This document shows positions 27,201-36,736 of a DNA stretch of 64,000 bases, piece by piece. Each line of letters opens with the position of its first letter. The first letter of the stretch is position 1. Location: positions 80,286 to 144,285 of the forward strand of contig CAZBRS010000003.1 of the NCBI GenBank assembly GCA_964494475.1. The letters are read 5' to 3'. Made by a program: the position numbers and the translations under genes. The DNA comes from an uncultured Myxococcales bacterium (GTDB lineage Bacteria; Myxococcota_A; UBA9042; CAZBRS01). The notes below the pieces were generated by a model. The model did no database searches. It had not been told where the DNA came from and saw only the letters and a program-made list of their open reading frames with translations.

Positions 27201-28415
27201 CCCGGCCGGGCGCGCCTGCTCGTGAGCCAGGAGGACGACGAGACCTGGGTGCGCGTCGACCCTGAGGCGCCGCTGAAGGGCGTGCTCGACGAGGGCGCCT
27301 TCGAGGTGTCCGGCTCGGCCCGCTTCCGGCGCTTCCGGTTCGAGGAGGGCTCCGTCACCGTGACCGGCGCCAACGTGGCCTATGCGCTCCCCGGCGTGAC
27401 CGAGTTCACGGCCAACCCGAAGCTCACCCTCACCGCGCGCCCCGGCACCGACGACCCCTACGTGCTCTCGGGCGACGTGCGGTTCGTGAGCGGCCTGTTC
27501 TACAAGGACTTCGACCAACTGCGGCAGATGCTGACGGGAGTGCTCGGCGACCGTCACGCCGCCGCCTACTCGCGCCCCATCGACGAGCTCCTGCCCTTCG
27601 TCAAGGACCTGCGCTTCGACGTGCGCCTGCGGGGCCAGAACTACGACGTGCGCTGCCGCCTGCCGTTCGGCGAGACGGATCTGGCGTTGAACCTCGACCT
27701 CCGCCTGGCCGGTACGTACAGCCAGCCCGAGCTCTACGATCGCGTCGAGATCGTGCCCGGCTCCATGGTCACGTACCAGCTCGTGAAGCGCGACTTCGAG
27801 GTGACCCACGGCACCCTCGACTTCACGGGCGAGCCGGCGCGCCCCGAAGTCGAGATCCGCGCCAAGACCGACATCGACGTGCTGGTGCGCGCGGGGTCCA
27901 CGGGAGGCGCGACCACGGCCTGGATCGACACCGATCGCGAGGAGACGGTCACGCTCGTGCTGGCCCTCTCGGGGCGCCCCCCCGATCTGCGCTTCGACCT
28001 GTCGTCGAACCGCACCGACTTCGACCAGGAGGATCTGCAGTACCTGCTGGTGACGGGCCAGCCCAAGCAGGCGGGCAGCTCGGGCCTCGTGAGCGGCGTC
28101 AGCCTGAACCTGCTGACCCAGGATCTCGTGAAGTCGCTCTCGAGCTTCTTCCTGGCTCCCTTCCTCGACCGGGTCAGCCTGGGCTTCACGGCCGAGGGGG
28201 GCGTGAACGCCGACCTCATGACCCGGCTGGGTCGCCGCGTACAGCTTCGCACTCGCATCCTGCAGGAGGGCACCGACGTACGCTACTCGGCCGGCTTCAC
28301 GTTGAAGCTGAGCGATCGCCTGAGCCTCGACGGCCGCATGAAGGCCATCGAGACCGAGGGCTTCCAGAGCCGCACCTACGAGGCCAAGCTGCGCTACCGC
28401 ATCGAGGTCGACTGA
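24204..28415 (+). CDS. TamB-like translocation and assembly module protein (AsmA family, DUF490-type C-terminus)
   Basis: The GTG start overlaps the upstream stop as GTGA. There is an N-terminal TM anchor. The protein is about 1400 aa of beta-rich sequence. The C-terminal region (LDLRLAGTYSQPELYDRVEIVPGS...) resembles TamB DUF490. Confidence 0.7.
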   Translation: MTTPSARETPPRTRPPRRGGLRRLGRWAVRLLATPFLLLALSYPVAWFALNSPEFLTRALTTVNEAIPGTIRVRELEWGPLPWRLHLTGVRILAPGDPEPVIAVNDLVVDLALTDALRSALATLLRGEGFFLPVDSVTMRGYSCTLTFDDDFDLRLKHAFVTPTPAAEEPPDPEDTDDDARGFSMDVRRVVGRGGRFRIDYPAWGASTDGIDLYAVFRLESDGTPFVLASTVTSRRGELRVGDGGQPVVFPFEDLEVHGYMLDHLFERFGSVRFSSEGLRVLATGHLATDDPARWSELIAKIEVPVDAPGLLRWTGDHVSLAAPASFEGRLEGPLASPSLTLAAGPLAITSPWVPGRVSVEPFQATLAFRPIDDELSISRLAFAGDCLPAVEARGLRLGLGSLNIEGELHAGELSRALWPLDWPVVLEAVKKAGGSLRVAGQLPLGEVCGRRLELDADLDLGGHRGLTGRLTWDPTRLELTDLRLAMDVGEASATGWIEPGSGRLDLRTEGKVRDLATFVERLHLPPRVAGSAVWSAEARGAWPDLDGRGSLDATALHVAGLDLGAVRARATFEERVLRATRFEMTGPLGAYAGRGLVELDEAWRPTHVRLDEVRAALDAPSILLPDLPLGARLEVSATDLELEVSAPLASLRGNATVRAAGVSWLGEPIGDVQADVHAPAGGDLRLDRVEVRRGGKRLLAAGLTVDRGLERVAGSASVSATVAELPFLQGLPFPLSAEVALSLSVEGALLDPLVSGVLRLDDWEVRPRPGLRVRGNEATVRLWGRPSTGLHLASDDLYPGVRLSEQSTLRPLDVDLFLEVEGLQPLEFFEAAADLPLSITLGGTYRVSARFGGPASVTVLGRIPRRSLGVSLQDEEVTLWNEEETVFGVSPLGLFVNRLHLTGQSLEAALCGEIGPDGALDVSASLQARVANLPGLKEFLIERGGELRTEGRGDAASCLPDAGGIHVGGTLDRPRFSGAVVLQDLALRPRGFASTIQVPGRARLLVSQEDDETWVRVDPEAPLKGVLDEGAFEVSGSARFRRFRFEEGSVTVTGANVAYALPGVTEFTANPKLTLTARPGTDDPYVLSGDVRFVSGLFYKDFDQLRQMLTGVLGDRHAAAYSRPIDELLPFVKDLRFDVRLRGQNYDVRCRLPFGETDLALNLDLRLAGTYSQPELYDRVEIVPGSMVTYQLVKRDFEVTHGTLDFTGEPARPEVEIRAKTDIDVLVRAGSTGGATTAWIDTDREETVTLVLALSGRPPDLRFDLSSNRTDFDQEDLQYLLVTGQPKQAGSSGLVSGVSLNLLTQDLVKSLSSFFLAPFLDRVSLGFTAEGGVNADLMTRLGRRVQLRTRILQEGTDVRYSAGFTLKLSDRLSLDGRMKAIETEGFQSRTYEAKLRYRIEVD

Positions 28416-28416
28416 C

Positions 28417-31400
28417 GTGAACCGGCCCCGCACCAGGAGGCTCGCCCTGTTCTTGGGGCTCTTGCTGGCGGCAGCGCCCCGCCTCGCGGCGCAGGTCGTC
28501 TCGGTCGAGGGCGTGCCCGACGCCGGCCCCTGCCTCGGACACCCGCTGGCCGACGTGCGCGTGACCGCCTGCACCCTCGATCGCTGCGCCGACCCCGACT
28601 TCGTGGCGTCCCTGGTGGGCTCGCTCGGGCTGTTGCCGGGCCTGGTGCTGCAGGTCGACGACCTCGCGCGCGCCAGCGGAAGGCTCGCGGCGCTGCAGGT
28701 CTTTCGCGGGATCGAGCTCCGCTGCGTGGCCGCCTCGGGCGATCCGCCGTCACCCGCGGAGGGGCTCGTGGCTCCGGTCGTCCTCGAGCTCTCGCTCGAG
28801 GGACGGTACGTGGTCGACGACGTCACGATCAGCGGCCATCGCGACCTGTACAAGTCCGACATCCTGAAGCGCACCTACCTGCGCGCAGGCCAGTACCTGG
28901 AAGACGCGTCGCCCGACGCCGAGGCGTTCCGCAGCCAGGCCCGCGCCCTGGAGGCGCTGCACGAGCGCGAGGGCTTCGAGGGCGCGAAGGTCGAGGTCGT
29001 GCCCGTCCCGCTCCCGAACAACCGCGTCCGCGTCGAGATCCGAATCCAGCCGGGCCTCCGCCACGTGCTCGAGCGCATCGACGTGACGCTGGGCGAGCCC
29101 GACCCCTCGTCGGGATGCGCGGCGCTCGGAGAAAGCGAGGTGCGCTCGGCCTTCGGCCTGAAGGCCGGCGCGACGCTGACCCCCAAGGTGCTGAAGGACG
29201 CGCGCCGCGCGCTGCTCGCTCGACTCTGGGCGCACGGCGCGACCAATGCCCGGGTGACGACCGAGCTCGACGAGGAGGGGTCGATCGTCCGCCTCGCCGT
29301 GCACCACTCGCAGTGCTGGCGCGTGCAGTTCTGGACGTCGCGGGACGATCCGGCGCGGCCCTACGTGCCCGCCGACCCGTCGGACTGGCGCGACGTGCTC
29401 ACGTTCAAGGAGAGCGGGACCTTCGACTGGGAGGAGGCCGAGATCGGTCGCCTGGCCCTGATCGATCACCTGCGCGAGCGCGGCTACGTCGACGCCCGCG
29501 TGACGATGGAGGTGCGCACGCTCCCGACCGACGGCAGCCCCGCCGTGCTCGGCCAGGTCGACTACTTCCTCGACCTCGGGCGCCCACCGACCATCGACCG
29601 CATCACCTTCGTGGGCCGCGAGCACCTGGCCGAGTCCGACCTGCGCGAGCTGATGCAGACCGAGGAGTACAGCCTGTTCTCGCAGGGAGGCACGCTGCTG
29701 GTCGAGCAGCTCTTCTCGGACCTGGGCCGCATCGCCGAGCGTTACCGGGCCGAGGGCTTCCACGCCTTCGCGTTCGAGGGCGCCCGCGCCGACGACGACA
29801 CGCGCCAGCGCATCGAGCGCAACCCCGACCCTGCCGTCGGCGGCCCGGGCGACCAGGGGACCGAGCGCGAGGTGTGGCGCTGGTCCCGTGGCGAGTTGGC
29901 GTTCGATCTGGTGCGCCGGAAGGGCAAGGGCGGGGTCGAGGTCCAGATTCGGTTGCTCGAGGGACCCCGCAGCGTGCTCGAGGCCGTCGACGTGGCGGGG
30001 GCCTCGCGCCTCAGCGAGGAGCGGCTGCGCCGCGCGCTCGGCCTGACCGCCAACCTGCCCTGGAGCCTGCCGGTGCTGCAGCGCCTCGAGGGCGCGCTGC
30101 GCAACACGTACAGCGCGCGGGGCTTCTCGATGATGACCTTCGAGAGCCGCTGCGCCGCGCGCGAACCCGACGTGGAGTGGGGGCCCTGCGACGTCGACCG
30201 CCTGAAGAGCCGACGCGTCCTGCTGCGCTTCACCATCGACGAGGGCGAGAAGGCCGTCGTCCGGCACGTCTTCGTCTTCGGCAACCGCGTGACGCGCTCG
30301 TCGTTCGTGCTGGCCAGCCTGCCGAAGCCCGGAGAACCCTACGACATCGAGCGCGTGCGCGCCGGCATCACCGACCTGCGCAACACCGGCCTGTTCGCGT
30401 CGGTGCAGGCCAGCGCGCTCGGCCCCGACGAGCAGCCCCCGAGCCGCGACGTGACCCTGGTCGTGCACGTCGAAGAGCTCGACTACCAGACGTTCGACGT
30501 GGCCGCCGGCTTCGAGACCATCAACCGCCCCGGCGAGAGCGCGCCGGCCTTCGTCTCGACCCTCGTGCGCAACAGCGTGGCGGTCGCCGACGCCTCGCTC
30601 ACGGGCAACGAGGAGCCCTTCCTGACCGAACTGCCCGACCTGTTGATCACGGCCGAGGTGGCGTACACCAACATGAACTTCCTGGGCCGCGCCCGCCAGC
30701 TCTACGTGCCGCTCAAGTACGGCTTCTCGATGACGCATCCCCTCCGCTACGCCTCGTTCGCGCCCATGTACACCGACCCCTACTTCACGCGCCCGCGCCT
30801 CACGTTGCAGGTCTCGCCCTTCGTCACCTACGACCGCGCCACCGAGGCCATCGACAAGGCGCTGCTCGGGCTGACCACGGCGCTCTCGAAGTCGTTCCTG
30901 GGGCACTTCCACGTGTCGCTCGGCTACGAGATCTCCGAGATCACCTACCGCCTGCCCGGCGACCCCGTGCGCGGCGACTGGAGCCCCTGGGGCCTGCAGA
31001 ACAAGGTGAACCTGCGCGGCTCGATCACGTACCTCGACAACCCCATCCACCCCACGCGCGGCGTCTTCCTCGGCGCGAGCACCACCTACCTGAACGCGCT
31101 GCAGCAGGGCGACTTCCGCAACTTCGTGAAGTGGGATCTGCAGGTGAAGGGCTTCCTGCCCGTGCGCCGTTGGCTGGTCATCGGCTCGATGGCGCGCTAC
31201 GCCGACAGCCGCTCGTTCGAGGGCGCCGCCCTGCCCGACTACGAGCGCTACAAGCTGGGCGGCTCGAAGGGCCTGCGCGGCTTCGACGACGACGCCGTGA
31301 CCCAGTACTACGCCGACGGCTCCCTGCGCTACGCGCCCGTCGAGACCGTCGACGGCGAGACCCGCGCGGTGCAGGCGCTGCAACCCTTCGGTGGCGACGT

Positions 31401-31725
31401 GCTGATCCAGGGCTCCGAAGAGCTGCGCGTGCCCATCTGGCGCGCCATGGGGCTGTGGGCCGGGGGCTTCTTCGATTGGGGCGCCGTGGCCGAGCGCGCG
31501 GTCGAGCTGCACGCCAAAAGCTTCCGCACCTCCGCGGGCTTCGGTCTGCGCTGGCTGCTCGGCGGCCAGGTGCCCCTGCGCATCGACTACGGCTTCAAGC
31601 TCGAGCGGCGCTGCGAGAAGCTGGGCTACGCCGACCCCGCCAACGCCACGGCGGCCGACGAGCCGGTGTGCCTGGCGAAGGAGAACCTGGGCGCGCTGCA
31701 CTTCGGGTTCTTGTATACGTTCTGA
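28417..31725 (+). CDS. Omp85-family outer-membrane protein (BamA/TamA-like), unusually long at 1102 aa
   Basis: The GTG start lies 1 nt after the TamB-like stop. There is a signal peptide, a POTRA-like region and a C-terminal surface-antigen barrel (GGSKGLRGFDDD...LHFGFLYTF). Confidence 0.75.
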   Translation: MNRPRTRRLALFLGLLLAAAPRLAAQVVSVEGVPDAGPCLGHPLADVRVTACTLDRCADPDFVASLVGSLGLLPGLVLQVDDLARASGRLAALQVFRGIELRCVAASGDPPSPAEGLVAPVVLELSLEGRYVVDDVTISGHRDLYKSDILKRTYLRAGQYLEDASPDAEAFRSQARALEALHEREGFEGAKVEVVPVPLPNNRVRVEIRIQPGLRHVLERIDVTLGEPDPSSGCAALGESEVRSAFGLKAGATLTPKVLKDARRALLARLWAHGATNARVTTELDEEGSIVRLAVHHSQCWRVQFWTSRDDPARPYVPADPSDWRDVLTFKESGTFDWEEAEIGRLALIDHLRERGYVDARVTMEVRTLPTDGSPAVLGQVDYFLDLGRPPTIDRITFVGREHLAESDLRELMQTEEYSLFSQGGTLLVEQLFSDLGRIAERYRAEGFHAFAFEGARADDDTRQRIERNPDPAVGGPGDQGTEREVWRWSRGELAFDLVRRKGKGGVEVQIRLLEGPRSVLEAVDVAGASRLSEERLRRALGLTANLPWSLPVLQRLEGALRNTYSARGFSMMTFESRCAAREPDVEWGPCDVDRLKSRRVLLRFTIDEGEKAVVRHVFVFGNRVTRSSFVLASLPKPGEPYDIERVRAGITDLRNTGLFASVQASALGPDEQPPSRDVTLVVHVEELDYQTFDVAAGFETINRPGESAPAFVSTLVRNSVAVADASLTGNEEPFLTELPDLLITAEVAYTNMNFLGRARQLYVPLKYGFSMTHPLRYASFAPMYTDPYFTRPRLTLQVSPFVTYDRATEAIDKALLGLTTALSKSFLGHFHVSLGYEISEITYRLPGDPVRGDWSPWGLQNKVNLRGSITYLDNPIHPTRGVFLGASTTYLNALQQGDFRNFVKWDLQVKGFLPVRRWLVIGSMARYADSRSFEGAALPDYERYKLGGSKGLRGFDDDAVTQYYADGSLRYAPVETVDGETRAVQALQPFGGDVLIQGSEELRVPIWRAMGLWAGGFFDWGAVAERAVELHAKSFRTSAGFGLRWLLGGQVPLRIDYGFKLERRCEKLGYADPANATAADEPVCLAKENLGALHFGFLYTF

Positions 31726-31744
31726 CCGCCCGGCGGTCCGCCCC

Positions 31745-34700
31745 TCAGCGGCTCGCGGTCCCTCGGAGCAGCGCGCTGGCCGGATACACCCCCGGGTGCC
31801 TCGCCACGAACCGCAGGAGCGGCTCCCGCGCCTTGGGATCTTCCTCCAGGGCCGCGTTCAGGCCCCACAACAGGTCGCGCAGGTCGGCCAGGGCCAGGGG
31901 CTGCTTCAGCCAGCCCGTGGGGTCGGGCACGGGCGCGGCGGGGAGCGGCGTGGGCCAGGCGGCCAGCACGTCGTGGCGGCCGGCGCGGGCCAGGGCCACG
32001 AAGACGTCGCGCAGGAACGTGGGGTCGGCGCTCGCGGCGCCGGGCGTGCCCAGCCAGGCGCCGAGGGCCTCGACGAAAGGCACGGCGTTCGGCTCGTAGA
32101 ACATGGAGGTGGCGTGGGCCAGCAGCCAGGCCTGGGCCTCGAGCCAGGCGCGCTCGGGCCTGGGAGCCGCCGCCACCAGGGCCTCGACGTTCGGCTCGCC
32201 GTGCCGCGCGAAGAGCTGTTGCCCGAAGGCGTCGCCCGGGAAGAGCAGGCGCCAGGCCCAGGCGAGCGAGCGCAGCAGCGCGCGGTCGGTGGTGCCCTGG
32301 CGCGCCTCGAGGTAGGCCACCAGGGCCTCGATGGTCTTCGACGACAGGCGGTGCGCGCGGATCACGTCGGCCAGGTGCGTGCGGTTGCGGTCGAGCGGCG
32401 CCAGGCGCTCGTCGACGCGCCACAGCAGGTTCGAACGGGCGCCCGCGAAGAAGGCCTTCGGGGCGGCGTACTCGAGCACGGGCCGGGTGTCGGAGTTGAA
32501 GGGCGGCTCGCCGGGGAAGAGCTTGCGGAAGCGCCCGGCCGAGAGGATCTGGTTCGCGAGCAGCACCTCGGCGTCGTGCAGGGGCTGGCCCACCACCTCG
32601 CGGTTCAGGTCGTCGTGCACCGCAGGCAGCGCCAGGCGGGAGCGCACGTGCGCCAGGTCGAGCTTCAGGGGCTCGGCCGAGGCCACCACCAGGATGTCGC
32701 GCGTGTTGCACTGCCACAGCTCGACGTTCGGGAACACGGCGGCGAGCGTGTTGAGGATGACGCGCAGGAGGGCGTCGTTCAGCTCGTACAGGTGCACCCA
32801 CTGCACGAGCACGCCGCCCGGCGCGAGGTGCGCGCGGATCTCGGTGAAGTACTCGAGGCTGAACAGGTTGCCGATGCCGGCGATCCACGGGTTCGAGGGC
32901 TCGCTGACGATGACGTCCCAGCGATCGTCGGGCTTCAGCTTGAAGAACTCCTTGGCGTCGCCCACGTGCAGGCGAAAGCGCGGGTCCTCGAGCAGGTTGC
33001 CGTTGTAGGGCGCGAAGTAGCGGGCGCCCTCGACCACCGTGTCGGCGATCTCGACCAGGTCGACGTCGGCGCCCGGGTGGGTGAGCACGGCCGAGGCCGT
33101 GATGCCGCTTCCGAGCCCGATGATCATGGCGTGCTTCGCGGCGGGGTTCAGGAACATGCCGAGGTGCCCCAGCCACAGCTGGGTGGTCATGTCGTGGCCC
33201 GTGCCCGCGTCGGTCTTGCCGTTGACCTTCAGGTACAGGTGGTCGGTGCGCGTGTCGCGGATGACCGCCACCGACGTGTCGGCGCCGTCGCGGGCGTACT
33301 CGACCCGGAAGGGCTTCAGCTCGCCCAGCATGGCCTCGAACGACTCGGCGGCGAACTGCTTGTGCCGGAAGAGGCCGAAGTGCAACGCCAGCGGGCTCCA
33401 GGCGGGCAGCACCGCCAGCGCGAGCGCGAGGGCGGCCAGCACGCCGGCCGACGTACCCACGCGACGCGCGCGCGGCAGGTCGGAGGCCCAGAACAACAAG
33501 ACCCCGAGCAGCGCCGACAGCACGAGGCCGAGCTCGAGCGCGTGCCGGAGCCCCAGCGCCGGCAAGAGCACGAGGCCCGTGAGGACCGAGCCCACCACGG
33601 TGCCGAGGGTGTTGATCGAGAAGACCGAGCCCACGCGGCGGGCGACGCGGCCGACATCGTCGACGCGCACGCGGCTGGCCAGCGGCAGCGTCATGCCGAT
33701 GAAGAAGGTGGGCAGGAACATGAGCGCCACCGACACGGCCACCTGGATGGCCAGATAACCCCAGAAGGCCTCGGGCGAACGGGGCAGCAGGGACGCAATG
33801 GCCGCGAAGGTGTAGGGCAGCCGATCGTAGAGCGGGATGAGGGGCAGGATGGAGGCGAACACACCGACCTCGGCCCAGGCGAGCCAGCGCACGGGATCGT
33901 GCCGCTCGCCGAAGGTGCGGCCCACGGCCCAGGCACCCGCCGTGATGCCCGCGATGAAGGTCAGGAGCATGATCGAGAACGAGTACGCCGACGAGCCGAG
34001 CACGAGCGACAGGAGGCGCACCCACACGAGCTCGTAGAGCATGGACGCGCCACCCGAGACACCGATGGCGACGAAGACGGCGCGCTGCTGCCGACGGGTG
34101 AACGTGCGCGCCTCGGACTCCGGGGCGAGCACGCCCTCCGGGGCCGAGACGACGGCAGGCGTGGGGCAGGGAGCGATCGGCGCGGCCGCGCGAAGGCGCC
34201 GCGAGGCCACCAGGAAGGCCGCGGCCAGCCCGATGTTGAGGAGCGCGCTCAGGCGGATGGTCCAGGCGAAGCCGAGGGCCGGCACCAGCACGAAGCCACC
34301 GAGCACCACGCCGAGCACGGCGCCCAGGCTGTTGACCGTGTACAGGTGGGCCACCGACACCGTCACGTCGGACAGGCTGCGCACGATGGCGCGCGTGAGC
34401 ACCGGCAGCGTGCCCCCCATGAGGAAGGTGGGGACCAGCACCACCGACGCCGACAGCGCCACCTTCAGGGGCAGCGTGAGCGGGTCGCCGAAGCCCAGAG
34501 GGCCGGCCAGGCGCACGTACAGGTCGCCCAGCACGGCGAAGAGCTCGGGGAAGAAGAAGCACGCGAGCCCCACGCCGAGCTCGAGGCGCGCGTAGAGGCC
34601 GAGCGGGTCGGGGCTGCGATCGGCGCGCGGCGCGAGCAACCAGTTGCCGAGGGCCAGCCCCCCCATGAAGGTGGCGAGCACGACCGTCTGCGCCAAGGTG

Positions 34701-34828
34701 GTGCCGCCGATGAGCAGCGTGAGCGCCTTGGACCAGACGATCTCGTCGACCAGCCCGGCCAGGCCCGACACCAGGAAGCCGGCGGTGATGAGCCGGCGCA
34801 GTCCGACGGAGGGGACCGACGCGCTCAT
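31745..34828 (-). CDS. Fused MFS/spermidine-synthase family protein
   Basis: There are two 6-TM halves. A spermidine-synthase-like domain follows (DVDLVEIADTVVEGARYF...VIVSEPSNPWIAG). The C-terminus is TPR-like. Confidence 0.7.
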   Translation of the reverse strand: MSASVPSVGLRRLITAGFLVSGLAGLVDEIVWSKALTLLIGGTTLAQTVVLATFMGGLALGNWLLAPRADRSPDPLGLYARLELGVGLACFFFPELFAVLGDLYVRLAGPLGFGDPLTLPLKVALSASVVLVPTFLMGGTLPVLTRAIVRSLSDVTVSVAHLYTVNSLGAVLGVVLGGFVLVPALGFAWTIRLSALLNIGLAAAFLVASRRLRAAAPIAPCPTPAVVSAPEGVLAPESEARTFTRRQQRAVFVAIGVSGGASMLYELVWVRLLSLVLGSSAYSFSIMLLTFIAGITAGAWAVGRTFGERHDPVRWLAWAEVGVFASILPLIPLYDRLPYTFAAIASLLPRSPEAFWGYLAIQVAVSVALMFLPTFFIGMTLPLASRVRVDDVGRVARRVGSVFSINTLGTVVGSVLTGLVLLPALGLRHALELGLVLSALLGVLLFWASDLPRARRVGTSAGVLAALALALAVLPAWSPLALHFGLFRHKQFAAESFEAMLGELKPFRVEYARDGADTSVAVIRDTRTDHLYLKVNGKTDAGTGHDMTTQLWLGHLGMFLNPAAKHAMIIGLGSGITASAVLTHPGADVDLVEIADTVVEGARYFAPYNGNLLEDPRFRLHVGDAKEFFKLKPDDRWDVIVSEPSNPWIAGIGNLFSLEYFTEIRAHLAPGGVLVQWVHLYELNDALLRVILNTLAAVFPNVELWQCNTRDILVVASAEPLKLDLAHVRSRLALPAVHDDLNREVVGQPLHDAEVLLANQILSAGRFRKLFPGEPPFNSDTRPVLEYAAPKAFFAGARSNLLWRVDERLAPLDRNRTHLADVIRAHRLSSKTIEALVAYLEARQGTTDRALLRSLAWAWRLLFPGDAFGQQLFARHGEPNVEALVAAAPRPERAWLEAQAWLLAHATSMFYEPNAVPFVEALGAWLGTPGAASADPTFLRDVFVALARAGRHDVLAAWPTPLPAAPVPDPTGWLKQPLALADLRDLLWGLNAALEEDPKAREPLLRFVARHPGVYPASALLRGTASR

Positions 34829-34835
34829 GGAGGGG

Positions 34836-35702
34836 TCAGCCCCGCTTTTTTCGACGCGCGGGGACGGGCACGGGCGTCGGCGTGTCGCAGGCGGGCACCT
34901 TGAGCCGCCCGAACGTGCCTCGGAGAGCCAGGGCCAACCAGATGTACCCGACCACCGCGAAGGGGATGCTGAGATACTGGCCCTCGGTCAGCCACGACTG
35001 ATCCGGGCTCAAGGCCTGGTATTCCTTGAAGAACTCGACCACGAAGCGCCCCGTGAAGTAGAGCGACATGAACAGCCCGAAGAGGATGCCGCGCTTGCGG
35101 CCGTTATCGGGCAGCAGCCGGTCGACCAGCAGGACGACGCCGAAGATCGCGAAGCCGAGGCCGGCCTCGTACAGTTGGCTGGGATGGCGCGCGTGGGCGC
35201 CATGGTCGTCGTAGCGCGGGAAGCACACGGCCCAGGGCGCGTCGGACACGCGGCCCACGATCTCGCTGTTCATGAAGTTGCCGAGCCGCACGAACGTGGC
35301 CCCCATGGTGGTGGGGATGGCCATGCGGTCGAGGACCTCGATGTAGGGGATGCGGTACTTGCGACTGTACAGCCACAACGTGAAGATGATGCCGAGCGTG
35401 GCGCCGTGGCTGGCCAGCCCGCCCTTCCAGACGAACAGGATCTCGAGGGGGTGCTTGAGGTAGTACAGGGGCTCGTAGAACAGGCAGTGCCCCAGGCGCG
35501 AGCCGGCCACCACGGCCACGACGCCCCACACCAGCCACTTGTCGGCCACGACCAGGTCGTACCCCAGCCGCTTGCTCTGGCTCATCCAGAACCTGAAGCC
35601 GAGCAGCAGCCCCGCCACGAAGAGCAGGCTGTAGTAACGAATGGCCAGCGGTCCGATGCGGAAGATCTCGGGATCGGGGTTCCAGACGAAGCAGTCGGGC
35701 AT
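34836..35702 (-). CDS. lgt: Prolipoprotein diacylglyceryl transferase
   Basis: The Lgt signature region is present, including GLASHGATLG. The ATG lies at 35702. Confidence 0.8.
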   Translation of the reverse strand: MPDCFVWNPDPEIFRIGPLAIRYYSLLFVAGLLLGFRFWMSQSKRLGYDLVVADKWLVWGVVAVVAGSRLGHCLFYEPLYYLKHPLEILFVWKGGLASHGATLGIIFTLWLYSRKYRIPYIEVLDRMAIPTTMGATFVRLGNFMNSEIVGRVSDAPWAVCFPRYDDHGAHARHPSQLYEAGLGFAIFGVVLLVDRLLPDNGRKRGILFGLFMSLYFTGRFVVEFFKEYQALSPDQSWLTEGQYLSIPFAVVGYIWLALALRGTFGRLKVPACDTPTPVPVPARRKKRG

Positions 35703-35809
35703 TTTTCCGCGTTCCCGCACAAGGTTGGCGGCGGGACGATATCGGAGGCTGCGGGCAGCGTCAACGGATTCTCCTTGCACCCCGCAAACCGGTGCTGGAT
35801 AAGCCCTCT

Positions 35810-36736
35810 ATGGACACCCGGCCGGTCGTGGAGCTCGAAGACGTCCGCAAGCGCTACGGCGAGGTCGTAGCCGTCAACGGCGTGTCGCTGGCCGTCGCCG
35901 GGGGCACGTGCTTCGGCCTGATCGGACCGAACGGCGCAGGCAAGACCTCGCTCTTGAAGATGATCGTGGGCCTCAGCCCGCTCACGGCCGGGCGCATCCG
36001 CGTGTTCGGGCACGACGTGGCCACCCACCGCCGCGAGGTGAACCGGCGCCTGGGCGTGGTGCCCCAGGAGGGCAGCCTCGACACGGCGGTCACCGCGTTC
36101 GACAACCTGGTCATCTACGCCACGTACTTCGGCCTGCCCCGCCGCGAGGCGCGCGTCCGCGCTGAAAAGCTCCTGGCCTTCGTGCAGCTCTCCGAGAAGA
36201 AGGCCACGGAGATCAGCGCCCTCTCGGGCGGCATGGTGCGGCGCCTGGTGCTGGCGCGCGCGCTCATGAACGACCCCGAGCTGTTGGTGCTCGACGAGCC
36301 CACCACGGGCCTCGACCCCCAGGCCCGCCACCTGTTGTGGGACCGCGTGCGCCAGCTGCGGGCCGAGGGCCGCTCGGTGCTCCTGACCACGCACTACATG
36401 GACGAGGCGGAACAGCTCTGCGATCGCATCGCGGTCATCGACCACGGCCGCGTGCTGGCCGAAGACACCCCCCCCTCGCTCGTCGAGCGCTTCGCGGGCG
36501 GCGACGTGATCGAGGCCACGCTCGCCGACGCGGAGCACGCCGCCCCGCACGTCCGGGCCGCGCTCGAGCCGGCCTACGCGGTCGAGGTGCACGGAGACGT
36601 CGCGCGCGGCTACGGCCGTGGCGGCCTCTCGCTCGACGCCCTCGCCGGCCTCCCGGGCGTGGTCGCCGTCACCCGCCGACGGGCCAACCTCGAAGACGTG
36701 TTCCTGCGCCTGGCGGGGCGGGAGATCCGCGAATGA
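35810..36736 (+). CDS. ABC transporter ATP-binding protein
   Basis: Walker A GPNGAGKTS, the signature motif LSGGMVRR and Walker B LLVLDEPT are present. Confidence 0.85.
   Translation: MDTRPVVELEDVRKRYGEVVAVNGVSLAVAGGTCFGLIGPNGAGKTSLLKMIVGLSPLTAGRIRVFGHDVATHRREVNRRLGVVPQEGSLDTAVTAFDNLVIYATYFGLPRREARVRAEKLLAFVQLSEKKATEISALSGGMVRRLVLARALMNDPELLVLDEPTTGLDPQARHLLWDRVRQLRAEGRSVLLTTHYMDEAEQLCDRIAVIDHGRVLAEDTPPSLVERFAGGDVIEATLADAEHAAPHVRAALEPAYAVEVHGDVARGYGRGGLSLDALAGLPGVVAVTRRRANLEDVFLRLAGREIRE

Noticed and set aside
25142-27265. 707-aa plus-strand ORF in an alternative frame inside the TamB-like gene
   Set aside because: It is out of frame with TamB, and its composition is R/G/A/P-dominated.
24357-28874. 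1505-aa minus-strand ORF
   Set aside because: It is antisense to the TamB-like gene and has no domain-like features.
28750-31701. 983-aa minus-strand ORF
   Set aside because: It is antisense to the Omp85 gene, whose barrel motifs are clear.
31796-34903. 1035-aa plus-strand ORF
   Set aside because: It is antisense to the MFS/spermidine-synthase gene, and its composition is R/G/E/H-rich.
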